A stretch of DNA of 54,426 bases, counting the filler, from Jimgerdemannia flammicorona (Eukaryota), in assembly GCA_003990765.1 (NCBI GenBank). It is 2 parts of 2 records of this genome, joined end to end, with 100 filler letters (N's around TTAATTAATTAA, not from the genome) between each part and the next. Parts side by side here need not be neighbours in the genome. Positions count along the whole stretch, not along the records: positions 1 to 27,176 come from RBNJ01000656.1; 1 more part is not named here. One strand, given 5' to 3'. This document shows, piece by piece, positions 1-12,479 of the stretch. Both the position numbers and the translations under genes were made by a program. The notes under the pieces are model-generated. The model ran no database searches, had not been told where the DNA came from, and was given only the letters and a program-made list of their open reading frames with translations. The number at the start of each line of letters is the position of its first letter. Positions within the stretch are counted from its first letter, which is position 1.

Positions 1-129
1 AAAAAAAAAATTATGACAAGATAGAGTTTTATATATAAAATATTAGTACATGGTCTTGAGATTTATAAGGAAAGATTTTGAACCTATTTATATATATTTT
101 AGAATTTAATTCAGAATTATTTTAGTATA

Positions 130-1040
130 AATAAATTTATATTATATTTAAATAGAGTTTGGATATATTGTATACTATAAATAAGCAACAGAGTGGTTTA
201 TCTGAAGAATATAATAATAATTTGAATTAATTTGCTAATTTCTCAAGCCTTTTGCCAAATTGATAACTGTAATATGTATCAGCTTCAAAGTATCATATAA
301 TAGTAGCTATAGTTTCACTATTTAATTAGCTATATAATTATTTTAAATATATTATCAATATGTATCAAATCAGTAAATATTTTAATTATGTATTAATATG
401 ATTTTTAAATTAATTTTATTTTAAATTTAGAAACTAATTTAGTAAGTAATTGGAAAGTAATATATACATATTAAAAATATATATATGAAACTTCTAAACT
501 ATTACTGCAAGATAATACTATTATATTATATAGCTTTAGCTTTAGATCTATATATCAATATATATAATGTTAATTATAAATAATGAAAAAATCCTTAATT
601 GATAAATAGAAGAATCTGATGGAATATATTTGGAAGAAGAAGAATAAGTCTGTTAATGCTCTCATTATACATATTCTCAATATCTCATAACATTAATAGT
701 TTTATTAACTAAATATATATAAGAAGAAATAGTATATTGAGGTGAATTATGAGCTTAAATAGTAGGTAGTATTATTATGTTTTTAGTTAACTTAGTTAAT
801 TTTTACTCATATTTCTCTGTTTTAGTTATTTTGCAGAAAATCTAGCTAATTCTTATAAAGATATATACACTGGAATGGTAGTAGTGAAATCAGTTAGTAT
901 ATGCAATTATTTTATTATTTTAATGATATCCATTTTATTAGAATATATTTTTTTTATTATTAGTGAGCTGGTGACTAAATGTAGAAATAGCTAATATATG
1001 AATACAATTGTATATATATGTATTAAGATTCTTGGTAGTG
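130..1040 (+). pseudogene. Heavily decayed hAT-family transposase, C-terminal half including dimerization domain
   Basis: Manual translation gives hAT-like motifs in the expected order: FLKPF (~239-253), SASKY..I...V..FN*L (~276-335), YIALALDL (~528-550, cf. A..LDPR), LEW***NQ..Y (~870-902, cf. PLxWWxxN..YP), and SILLEYIFF..SELVTKCRNS..TI..DSW (~928-1036, cf. SVxSERxFS..G.xxTxxRN.L). Many stops; no TIRs found. Confidence 0.55.
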
Positions 1041-1894
1041 TTCACTTTTAATTACTCTGAATATATATTATCTAAAAATTATCTAAATTATTTTTCAGAG
1101 CAGAGTTCAGAGGGTTGAGTTCTGATTCTGAGTAAAGAGTAGGCATCCTTTTCAGTGACAGAGTTGAGTTTTCTATTGTCTACACAGAGTCTCCATCCTT
1201 CTTTCTTTAGTATGATAATTATGGAGCTGGTCCAAGGGCTGGTTGAGGATTGGATGATTCCATTGTCTAAGAGTTCCTGAATTTAATATCTTTAGATGAT
1301 GGGGTATTCTATAGGGTTTCTGCCAAATGGGTGTTACATTTTCTGTATTTATACTATAGTGATATGAAGGGTTGTATGGCAAGTTTCCAAAGTCTGTAGT
1401 TAAGATATCTTGATATTTGTTGAGGAGTTCTACTAATTGTTACATTTGCTAGATTGTCAATTCTTCTCCAATGTTGGTGGAAGGCTTTACTGTCTCCTGG
1501 GTCACAAAGAGGCCTTCTCTTTCTTCTGAGACCTTTTGCTATTTCACAATAGGTTTAGCTTAAAGAATTCTCTGTAGGTTTGGTTGAGGAATGGTACCAA
1601 ATGTCCTATGATGATTCCTTTTGGCAAGATAATGCTCTCCCAACTTTAGTTGGTTGCTTGGAAGTGTACTAGATTCATCTTATCAGGAAATATATGTCCT
1701 TCTATATCCAGATTTGAGATATCTTTATTGAGTTCAAAGAAGATATTTCTGGGGTCGGGTGGTGCAATGATTTCGAAGGTGGTTTGCTCTCCAGGCTCCA
1801 GGATGAGATTGTTGTGTAGTTTGACTGATTGGTAGTATACTTTTTAGAGAACATTCTACTTAAGATGGTTGATCTGAAAGAAATGCACTTTCTT

Positions 1895-2310
1895 TTTATC
1901 TGAGCTTCCAAATTCTTCAGTTTGTCTTATTCCTTCAGTCAGTTTGGAGACTTCTTGTAATTGTGAGGTCTTGACTTTCAAGAAGACTGCTTGGGCAATC
2001 TTCTGTCCTCTCATGATTCAGTACCATTTTATACTACTATTATATAAAATAATCTTGATTTTACCTATATATCCTAGATCGATGATTTCTCCTTCTACAG
2101 TTATTTCTTATCTAGTAAGTCTGACCCTTGAGGTCAGTTGGATATAAGTTCCTTGAGGTGGCTGCATAGCTAGTCTGGTTCTGATTATCAGTATTCTTTC
2201 TGGCTTAATAGGTTCATCCTCCAGACTGTAAAGATTATTTCATATATATATCTTCTTGGTAAGCTTTGGTCAGAAGTTTGACCTTAGAATGTAGCAGGGC
2301 ATACTGGGCA
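1895..2310 (-). pseudogene. dUTPase domain of element A pol
   Basis: Aligns to the element B dUTPase (MQPPQGTYIQLTSR..., IDLGYIGKIK, GQKIAQAVF, FGSSD); contains stops. Confidence 0.8.
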
Positions 2311-3629
2311 AAATCTTTGCAGAGTTCAGCCTGTACTTGAGCTGAGGCTCTACTAGTAAGAAGTCTCTAGACTCTTGGATTGAGGTGCAGCCATCCAGCT
2401 CCAGTAGAGGAATCTTAGAGATAGTTGATTTCTCTCTTTTCAGTAGGGTCTAGGGCTTCTATAAAGTTGGTGGCATCTTCTATCCATCCTTTGTAGGTTG
2501 TATGTCTGATAAGAGCTAGGATGTCTTCTCCCAAATTATAAATCTTAAGGGTCCTTCTTCCTTGCTTCTTGGTTTAGCTTTTTTGGATCTGGTCTCTAAA
2601 ATTTTCTCTCTTCAAAGTGTGAATTGCAATATTCTGGCTGAGATGATTCTTCTGGTGTCTGCAGTCTTGGCAGTCTGGGTGTCTTCTATGGTTGCAATAT
2701 CCTATTGCTCAGAAATGCTATTTCTGGTTATTGATCACTTATTATCTTGGGAATTGGTATCCATTTTGATCATAAGTTAGGGGATGGGTGGCTAAGAGTT
2801 ATACTTCTGTTTATTTAAAGAGACCTTGTTCTCTAAATTGGCTTTGCAACTTAGTGATAACTTCTTGAAAGGTGGTTCACTGTGTAACTGTAGTTGGGGG
2901 TTCTAATCTTCAGAGTCTCTATCTTTCTTATTGGTCTAATAGGTGGCACTTATAGCAGTAGTCTTGAAGAGAGTGGAAGACCATTTGATGTTGACATCTT
3001 CATAGCTGAAAAGCTCTTTCTTAGTATATCTCTTGCTTAGAAATAATGGAGATTATATTGAATCCTTTTTCCATATTCCATGGATCATTATTTTTGAGTG
3101 GTATCCAGGAAGAGTAATCTCAGGAAATAAGTTCAGGAACCTCTTCTTTCTCAGATACTTCTTGTTCAGAAACCTCCTATTCAGGGCTTTTTTTCTCTTC
3201 AGATGATTTTTGATCCTAAATTACTTATACTTCTACACCTTTCACTATAGATGTTTCTGAAATATATCTATATTTCTTCTTCTTCCTTCTGCACTCAGGA
3301 AAGGCTGTACCATGCAAATTCCTTATCCTAATTATCTTGAAGGATTGCTCAGGGCACTTGTATCTCTTGAGGCAGATGGGGCATCCTTTGATTTCTCCTG
3401 CAATGGCTCTAATGGTGATGGGGATAGTGTTCTTATTCTATATATTGTCTTCTGACCTATTATCCACCAGATTGATTTGGGGATTGAGCCTGAGACCATT
3501 TCCATCTTCAGATTCTTCTTTCTTCTCTATGGTAGATTCTTCACTACTGGCATATTTCTTCTAGATAGTGACCTTCTTCATCTTGTTTTATTACTCATAG
3601 CTAGTCACCTTTACTCTGTACTTCTTGTC

Positions 3630-3960
3630 TCAGTAGTCAAACTTAAGTACTTGTTGACTGATATCAATAACTGCATTCATTTCCTTCATCCAGTTGGTGC
3701 TAAGAATCATATCATAGATGACAGCTTTAGTAACAACAGCTTTGAGATTGGAGAACTGAATGTATCTAAGAGAGATAGTGATGTTTCATATATCTCCAAG
3801 GGGTTGGGTTCAGGCTCCATCTGCTACTATGATACTGAGGTTGAATGGTCTATCATTGGGCTATTGGAGGGTATTCAGGAATTATTTAGCAATAATACAG
3901 ATAGCTGCTCCTGTATCTATGAGGATTTTTATCTTTTATCCTCCAATATCTCTATGTATG
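3630..3960 (-). pseudogene. Aspartic protease of element A
   Basis: ILIDTGAAI motif (~3900-3927) and downstream ILSTNWMKEMNAVID. Confidence 0.8.
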
Positions 3961-4168
3961 TAGGAGCTAATATGTCTTTCTGTAGCTTGGATAGAGATGG
4001 GAGCTGGCTCTTACTGTGGGATTGGAACTTGACCAGTACTAGACCTGGTAGTTCTTAGCAATTTATTCCAAACTCTAGCTAGCATTAGTTGCAGAAACTG
4101 CAGGAGAGAAACTTCTATCTTAGCTTTTGGATCTTTTGCCAGACTTTATTATAGATATCTCTAGGCAT

Positions 4169-4171
4169 TCC

Positions 4172-4210
<39 letters not shown>
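4169..4210 (+). mobile_element. Minimal poly(A) retro-insertion (TCCGTT + A36) with 15-bp TSD
   Basis: GATATCTCTAGGCAT at 4154-4168 and 4211-4225. The homologous site in element B (~14734) is empty. Confidence 0.85.
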
Positions 4211-4212
<2 letters not shown>

Positions 4213-6048
4213 TATCTCTAGGCATAGTCTTCAGAGTATACTTCTTCTTGGGCTTTAGGGCAGTAGGTTCTCATTCTTCTGGTTCTATTTCTTCATCCTC
4301 TAGAGACAACTCATTTATCTTATAGACAAAAGATAAGAGAGACCAAGAAGGTATTTCTATTTGCTCCTCTTCATCTTCTTTATCCTCCTCTTGGATTCTT
4401 CTGCTGATATTCCTGGATAGCCTTCCTATAGGTCTCTTCCTTTTCTCTACTGGATAGACTGTCTTTCTGATAGTGACTTTGGCTGGGTACAAATCTAGAT
4501 CACTGTAGTCTTTACTATTGCTTTCTTCTTCAAAATCTTCAACAGGGTGGGCTTCAGTCCTCTTATACTGGGTGTCATTCCTTCAGTTTGATAGTTCTGA
4601 GTCTCTTTGATTACTTCTTTTATTGTCACATTCAGTGGCATAGTGTCTATAGAAGTATTTAACTTGGGATCTATCTCAGACAGAATATCTTCTTTCTTCT
4701 TGCTGGTAGTTTCTATTATCTCTGGGTGAATAACCTTGGCTCCTCTGTGGTGGGTATTCTCTGTTGTCTTGATAACTCTGATTTTTACATATAGTGAGTT
4801 TTTCAATCTGTCTAACCAATTGGTCCAACTTGGAACTGAGGTCTTGAATTTTACTTCTGTCCTTCTTTTCTTCTATGGCTGGTCTTCTTTCTTCTGATCT
4901 CTCCTGTCCTTAAAGGAGTCCTTGCATGGCTTTGACCAGGATGTCTTCTTTATCATCTTTCTTATTATGGTCATTCTAGGTAGCTCTTTGACTGATATTA
5001 CAGAATCCTTGGACTACATCTACTTGCTCTTTGGACCTTCTGATACCTAAGGTACAGATATGCTGGGCAATGTTTGGGAGAATTTCATTCATAAAGGTCA
5101 TTTGACCTATAATATTATTATTAGTAGTACTGAATCCTGCTGTATACATTCTCTTCTAGATTCTTGTAAAGTTCATCTTCATTCCTATGATAGATTCTTG
5201 AGCCTTGTGGCAGGTTTCATTTCCTGCATATTTTTTGATAAGCCAGTAGACCATGGCTATATATTTCAGCTGGTATAATACTACTACCTGTATTTCTACT
5301 AAAAGGTTAGAATGTGGGTCATTTACTACTTAGTGGAAAATTCCTCTAGCCGGTTCTCTGAGCTGGGCCTTATAGATGACAATTTTCCTTTCATCTGAGA
5401 GGTTTCTTAAAGCTGTGATTCCCTCAATTCTATCAAGGAATTCTCTAGGATCTTTCTCTGAATATTCTATACAGATTGGTAATATAGTGGTCATTTTATT
5501 ATCACTTTCTTCTAATTGTGGTTCTGGTCTGGATTCCAATTTCAATTTTGACTCTGATTTACTTTCAGAACTATTACTGGATATAGAGGTACTTAGATAT
5601 CTTGAGGATAGTATTATGGACCTCAGATCAAGTAGAATGAGCCTAGATATTCTTGAAGGAGCTTTTTCCAATCATGCAAGGGCTGCTGATAAAGATTCAA
5701 TGGGTGAGATTGGTGGGACCTCTCTGGGGTATCTAGCTGCTGGATGCTAGGCTTGTGTAATGAGATCTTCTAGTTCTTATGTAAGTTCTTCCAAGTTTTC
5801 AACAGGACTACCTGCATTATTGGTTGGGGATTCTATACTATAATGGCTTCTGATTGAGATTATTCTGATACTATATAGTTGGTAAATCTTGAGGTGATTA
5901 CTTCTCTTTCTGTCCAAATGCTAGTGATAATTAGTTCTCCTATAGTAGCAGAGATTGGTATTATATCAAATATATCCAGTTAGACTATAAGTTCTTATAA
6001 GCTGAAAATTGATATTGATTTTGAAATTTTCTCAGTTGAGCTCTGAAA

Positions 6049-7233
6049 TGTAACATGTCTGGCTCAATAGAGACAAATTACAAAATTGGAGATGGTGTAG
6101 TTTGGCTTGAGCCTCCATTTACTTTGTTAAAAAGCAATAAAATGTTCTAAGATTTCTGAGATCCTTCATGTTTAGTGGTATAATAGTTAAGTCTGAATAT
6201 AATACTAGTTCCTCTGTTCATATGGCAGTCAATTTAAATTTATATAGATTTCCTTATTAGGATAGATCTCTGGGTATAACAGTAATTTGTATAGTATAGG
6301 TGACTTGTATGATGATCTCTATATAGCATGATGATCCCTATATAGCATGATGATCTTCTTATGTATGATTGTCTGAGAATTTAGCAGTTTTTCTTATACA
6401 ATTTCTGTATGGTGATCTTGTGTAGCATGATAGATTCCTATACAGATTTAGTGGATAACTTAATTTGGCAGATAACTTGATTTTGGCATAGATTCTCCTA
6501 AATTGGCAGACTTCTTGAATAATAACTTGGATGTCATAGATTCTTTCTGAATCAGCAGACTTACTGGAAACAGGTGAATAAATTGGGTAGTATATATAAT
6601 ACAAATAACTTAGATGATGTGAATTCTTTCTGAATCAGTTCTTTGGGAATATAGATTTCCTGAGCAAAGTTACATTAAGTCTGGCTTCGTTTGTATGAAC
6701 AAGTTCAATGTAAAGTTGTGTCAACAGACTGGCTTTACAAGAAGATGATGGATTTCTTCTTGAAAATAGTGGTGAAGTTCTTCCTTAAACTTGACAGATT
6801 TCTTTAGGCTTATCTGGCAAGCAAACCAAAAATATAACAGACTCTTCTTTATATCAAAAAGTGGACCAGAGTGGAAATGGAAATGGCAAAGCTCACAATC
6901 TCCTATCAGTGGCTGTAGAGTTCCTCTCAAAGTATAGTAGGCAGACTTGTCTTTTGCTTTGGGTTCAAATTTTGGACTAAGGTTTATTCACTCTAATCTC
7001 TGGAGTATTTTATATAATTATGGTTGCTATATAGTTACTATGTTGCTAACTATAGATTGCTATCTATGACAAGTATTCCTGAATAGTATAGTGTACCTAC
7101 TCAGTATAGATAAATAGTATCTTTGGCTAATTATACAGACTAACTCAGTAAAGCTGTCTTAGTTGCTTAGTGTACTAGATATAGTATATGGCCAATTTAT
7201 TATTTCAGCAGTATAATTCTGCTGCTTATCACA
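6049..7233 (-). repeat. 5' LTR of element A
   Basis: Starts TGTAACA on + like the B LTRs and shares internal blocks with them. The right end (..TATCACA, 7233) is less certain. Contains ~19-bp tandem repeats TAGCATGATGATC(T/C)CTATA at ~6305-6360. Confidence 0.75.
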
Positions 7234-7771
7234 ATATATCTCCATAGAAATATTATGAATTCTGCTAGTACCTTTTAGTATATATATATATACTATATAC
7301 TCTGAAGATAGAAAAGAATCTCTTTTCAATTAGTAATATGATAATCTATAATAAAAATATATATTTACCTAATGAAAGCAATAGAATATAGTTTGAAGAA
7401 TGATAAGAAGATAATAACAGTATTGAAACAAGATAATCTTTATATAATAAATAGTATATCAAGTAGTATAAGACCACTATATATATATAATAACTATGCC
7501 TGATATATCTAAAATACAGCATTAATACTTAGAATATATAGAGAAATTGAGCTTATTATTAATAATTAGAATTAGATCAATATGAGAATTACTAATAATA
7601 TATCTTGATGATAAATTCTGTGAGAATTTTATAGCTAATAAAGTATTCTAATATCCATTTCAGATATAGACAAAATATATATTTGATAATCTATATAGAT
7701 ATATATAGTATGATATGTATAACTTCTTATAGAGAGAAGAGATATTTTATCACATTTATTAATAATGATAT
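7234..7771 (+). pseudogene. Ty1/Copia pol relic, part 1 (post-protease region, pre-integrase domain, integrase N-core)
   Basis: EKNLFSI (~7310), DNLY (~7432), decayed WHxRLGH (~7517-7540), FCE..K...PF (~7615-7660), and LIxxDI..M..TS..EKRYFITFINND ending at the B insertion. Confidence 0.65.
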
Positions 7772-9059
7772 TGTAACATACCTGGCTCAATGGAGGCAAA
7801 TTACAAGATTGGGGATTGATGTAGTTTGGCTTGAGCCCCCAGTTACTTTGTCAAAAAGTAACAAAATGTTCTATGATTCTTGAGATTCTTAGTGTTTAGT
7901 GGTATAATAGTCAAAAGCTGGATATCTGCAAGTGATTTCCTTATTGGGATGGTTCTCTGGGTATGGCAACAATTTGTGTGTAAATGGGTTTCCTTCTTGG
8001 GTTAACTGGGAATTGGTGAGATTTGTATAGTATAACAATCTCCAAAAAGTATGCAATTTCTGAGTGATGATATTATGTAGTGTGATGATCTCTGTACATG
8101 ACAGTCTGGTAATTTAGTGGTTCTCCTTCTTGGGTGGTGGGTGATCTTTGTGTAGTGTGACTGGTTCCTTATACAGGATATTTGGGAATTATACTGGTGG
8201 TAGATAACTCAATAACTCAGGCTTACTGGGAATAATGAATAACTGAGATGTTGTGGATTCAGCTTCAACTGGGAATACTACTCAAATGGCATGAGTTCTT
8301 CTGAATCAGGCTCTTCTGGAAATATGATGGCATGGATTTCTGGGAATGCAGATAACTCAAAAGTGGTAGATGATGTAGACTCTTCCTAAATTAGTGACTT
8401 TCTGGGGAATAACTCAGATGGTGCAGATTCTTCTGAATCGATGGCTTCAACTGAGAAATGGTGGCAAAGTTTTTCCTTAAACTTAGATGGCAAATCTTCA
8501 GGCTCATCTGGCAAGTGAACCAAAAATAAACTTATTCTTTGTATCAAAAAGTGGACCAGAGTGGAAAAGAGAACCAATGCTCACAATCTCCTAGTAGTGG
8601 CTTTAGAGTGGGTGTTTCTCCTAAGTATTGCAATCCTTCTTGGATCAAGTGGCTTTTGGCAGATATATCCCTCGAAGTGTAATAGACAGACTTGTCTTTT
8701 GCTTTTTGGATTCAATTTTGGACTGAGGTTTATTCACTCTTGTCTTTGGGGTAATTTGTATAAGTTGGTTGCTATCTGGTTGCTACATGGCTAACTATAG
8801 ATCTGCTACTTATGACAGGTATATAGAGTCTGTATAGTATACAGGTCCTGTACAGTATACAGAGTCTGTATAATATACAGATTCTGTATATATAAACAGA
8901 CCCTATCTGGTATGTCTGGCTAATTATATGTATGATGGCATGAGTAACTATGATATATTGGATGTCATGCTGAGAGCCTACATCATCTGGTTAAGTATGC
9001 CAATTGTTTGTATTATCTAGCAAAGTTATAATTTGGGTAGTATATTTTGGTCTATTACA
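7772..9059 (-). repeat. 3' LTR of element B (1288 bp)
   Basis: TG...CA termini; direct repeat of 22369-23654; about four 18-bp tandem repeats (TATACAGAGTCTGTATAG-like) at ~8820-8895. Confidence 0.92.
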
Positions 9060-9073
9060 TCAGCCCCCACTGA
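9060..9073 (-). other. Polypurine tract of element B
   Basis: AGTGGGGGCTGA on the minus strand, directly before the 3' LTR TG. Confidence 0.6.
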
Positions 9074-9098
9074 AGGATAGTCTGTCTCAGACTGTTCT

Positions 9099-9614
9099 TT
9101 AGTCATCATCTCAATAAGTGTAAGCTACTTCTGCATCTATACCAGTTCCAACATCTTTGTTATCTATACTAGGGTCACTCCATTCTATGGGATCTTCTTC
9201 TTCTTCAAAGAATAGAATTTCAACAGAATTGATGATACTCCAATAGGTAATAGGGTTCATTCCTTAAATGTTATTCAGGGAGAACTATGCCTGTGTCAGA
9301 GTGGTGACATTTTGTTTGTAAATAGTATATAATCTGTCTGCAGTAGTAATGTCTCTTCTGGTCAGACCTATGGTATTCCTGATGTAGGTCTGCTCTGGGG
9401 CTGGAAGGCTCTGTAATTATTCACCAATTGCATAATAGGCCTGCAGTTGGTGGACTTGTAGTAGATGTCTGGCCAGGGTGAGATTTTCTTAGTGAACTTA
9501 GATCTTCTGAAGGGAGTTTCCATTGGCTTGACTGAATTGAGGTATAGGAACTGGTAGAGCCTGAAAGGAGCTGAGGACCAATTTCTGGAGGCACTGATCA
9601 ATCCTTTGACTCAT
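9099..9614 (-). pseudogene. Extra 3' ORF (env position) of element B, ~170 codons, unknown function
   Basis: Not in the ORF track. Manual translation MSQRIDQCLQKLV...QLQAYYAIGE*L...LTRRDITTADRLYTIY...EEEEDPIEW. No frameshift; five internal TAA/TAG stops, each restorable to Gln; the ATG overlaps the integrase stop (ATGA, 9611-9614). Confidence 0.65.
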
Positions 9615-10620
9615 AGTGTAGGGAGAAGATATAGTTTGAGGTGATTGACATATACTAGTATTCTCAGGGTTTGTCCATCCATGCTTCTTAAATAGATGCT
9701 GGTTCCTCTAATGTTGTGTATAAGATAAGGTCCTTCCCATTTGGGTTCCAGTTTGGCAGCAAAATTCATTTCAATCATACTTCTCCAAATTAGTACTTGA
9801 TCTCCAATCTTGATCTTCTGATCCTTTTGTCTTTGGTTATAGTACTTCTTTTATCTTTCTTGGGCTTTGATAATCTGTCCTTGGGCTTGATTATGTAGCT
9901 GTTCTGCCTTCTTGAGGAGGTCTCTAAGATTCTCATGGTCAGCAGTTCTGGTTTTCTTAGCAAACATCATTTCGAATGGCTTTTGTTTGGTGAAGGCAGC
10001 AGGGGTGTTCTGAATTTCCCATAGAATCTCAGGTAAGCAGAGGCCCAAGTAGTAGAATTGACTTGAGCAAGTCCTTTCTTAATGGTCTGATTCATTCTCT
10101 CTGTTATACCATTGGTCTGAGGGTGGTATGATGTGGTCCTTTTGAGGTGGATCTTGTGAATTTGGGCATAACTTGTGATTATGTTATTGATGAATTCCAT
10201 GCCTCAGTCAGAGATAAGTTCTTCTAAAGGTCCATATCTGAGTGTGAGTCTATGGAGGAGGCCTACAATAATTATGGCATCTGTAATTTCCATTGGAAAA
10301 GCCTTGGGCCACTTGGTCAGATGTTCTACAAATATAAGGATATATTTGTTTCTTCTTGGTGTAACTGATTGAGGTCCAATTACATCTACTCCCCATCTCT
10401 GAAAGATGTTGTCTGGTGGTATGATAGGATACAATGGTGCTTGATGTTCTTCTTTTCTTGGTACTTCTGGCAGGTGTCATATTTCTTGAGTATGTCTCAG
10501 ACTTGTGTTTTGAGATTGGGCCAATGTTGGTGTATTGTTTGCAACTTCTCTTCTATGTTTGCTTGTCTCTGATGAGCTTTCTGATGTTCTTTCCAGATGA
10601 GGTCTTCTTGAGCCTTGATT
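9611..10620 (-). pseudogene. Integrase of element B
   Basis: HHCC-type N-terminus, RWGVDVIGP, ELISD, YHPQTNGITERMNQT, LEPKWEGPY, ending VNHLKLY..PTL*. No chromodomain. Confidence 0.9.
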
Positions 10621-10689
10621 GTCTGAAGAGATTCCTTTAGGTTATAGTTCCTTGAAACACCCTTCTTCTGGTTCATTGGGGCCAGGGGA

Positions 10690-11900
10690 AAGAACATCAA
10701 CATTGTTGTGGGCTTTCTCTGCTTTGTAAATGATGGTGATTTTGTAATCCTAAAGGATAAGGATCTAGTAGGCTAGGATTCTGGTACATTCTTTGTAGTT
10801 GAATAGCCATTTGAGGGCTGTATGGTGTGAACCTTTTTCCAATGAGGTAATGCTTGAACGGAGTGACCACCCATATGACTGCAAGGCATTCCAGTTTGGT
10901 ACTACCATAGTTTATCTGCTGCTGATTGGTAGCTCTGCTTGTATAAGCTATCATATAGTGCTGTTGATTGGGTCCTTCTTGGGCCAGAACTGCTCCTAGG
11001 CCATCTTTGGAAGTATCTGTATACAGGATGAATGGCTTTTGTAGATTGGGGTGTATAAGGATTGATGCTGTAGTCATACAGTTCTTGAGTTCTCTGAAGG
11101 CTTTTTCTTGTGTTTCTGTCTATTTGAATGGCACTCCTTTCTTGAGAAGGATTCAGATTGGAGCAGCAATTTGGGTAAAGTCTTTGATGAACCTTCTGTA
11201 GTAGGATACTAGCATTAGGAATGATAGTGTTACCTTTGGGGTTTTAGATACCGGCCAATTATTGATCTTCTTGGTTTTCTTTGGGTCTGCATGGGTTTCT
11301 TCTTTTGAAACTATGAATCCCAGGAAATCAAGTTTCTGTTTCCCAAAGTAGCATTTCTTTGCATTCAATCTCAAGTGGTTCTTGCAGGTAAGCTTGAAGA
11401 ATTCCTCCAGGTAGTGCAGGTGTTCTTCGAAATTTGCTGAATAGATGTTGGAATCATCCATGTATACAATCAGATAGTGGTGGACTAAAGGAGCATAGAC
11501 TGAATTCATCATCCTCTGGAAGGTGAGGGGTGTATTGCAAAGTCCAAAGGATATTTGGAGATATTCAAACAGTTTTCCTAGAGTAAGGAAGGCTGTCTTT
11601 TGAATGTCTTTGGAGTCCATGGGGATCTCATGGAATCCTGTGAAGAGGTCCATACTGCTGAAGTATCTGGCATCTTATAACTGGTCCAAAAGGTCATTGA
11701 TTCTGGGCAAAGGATAGGCATCTTTTTCAGTGACTGAATTGAGTTTCCAGTAATCCACACAAAGTCTCCATCCTTCTTTCTTTGGTATAATAAGTATAGG
11801 GCTGGCCCAAGGGCTGGTAGATAGTCGGATGACACCATTGTCTAAGTGTTCTTGGATATGCTCTTTTTGAATGTTTTCAGGTAATGGGGTATTCTATAGA
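10690..11900 (-). pseudogene. Reverse transcriptase and RNase H of element B
   Basis: DLFTGFHEI, KTAF, FGLCNTPLTFQR, YMDD, YYRRFIKDF; RH motifs FILYTDTSKDGLGAVL and NYGSTKLECLAVIW; stops present. Confidence 0.92.
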
Positions 11901-12479
11901 GTTTCTGCTGGTTGGGTACTGCATTTTCTGTATTTATGCTGTGGTGATATGATGGGTTGTATGGCAGGTTGCCATAATCAGTGGTGAAGATATCTTGATA
12001 TTTGTTGAGAAGTTCTACTACTTGTTGCTGTTGTTGGGGTGTCAATTCTTCTCCAATATTGGTGGAAGGCTTCACTGTCTCCCGGGTCGCAGAGGGGTCT
12101 TTCCTTTCTTCTGAGACCTTTTGCTGTTTCTCAATAGGTTTAGTTCATAAACTTCTCTATGAGTTCGGTTGAGAAAAGGTACCAGATGTCCTATGATGGT
12201 TCCTTTTGGCAGGATGATAGTCTCCCAACTTTGGTTGGTCACTTGGGAGTGTACTGGATTCATCTTGTCAGGGAATGTGTGTCCCTCTATGTCCAGATGT
12301 GGGATATCTTCCTTGGGTTCAAAGAAAAGGTTCCTGGGGTCAGGTGGTGTAAATATTTCGAAGATAGTTTGTTCTCCAGGCTCCAGGATAAGATTCTTAT
12401 GCAGTCTGACTGGTTGCTAGTATACTTGCTGGAGAGCATTTCTCTTGAGGTGGTTGACTTGAAGGAGATGTACTTCCTT

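Larger units (their letters stand above)
1124..7233 (-). mobile_element. Ty3/Gypsy LTR retrotransposon A, 3'-truncated (5' LTR-gag-PR-Cys-rich spacer-dUTPase-start of RT); same family as B
   Basis: Colinear with element B from the LTR down to the RT N-terminus ([18 protein letters not shown], ~1140-1195). Homology to B stops at ~1124. No 3' LTR, RNase H or integrase. Confidence 0.88.

Noticed and set aside
3477..4058. 193-aa hydrophobic plus-strand ORF as a possible env or membrane protein
   Set aside because: Antisense to the protease and an acidic tract of element A; not kept at full length in B.
8820..8895. 18-bp repeats (and the 30-bp pair at ~25802-25862) as a CRISPR-like array
   Set aside because: Contiguous tandem repeats without spacers, inside LTRs of eukaryotic elements.
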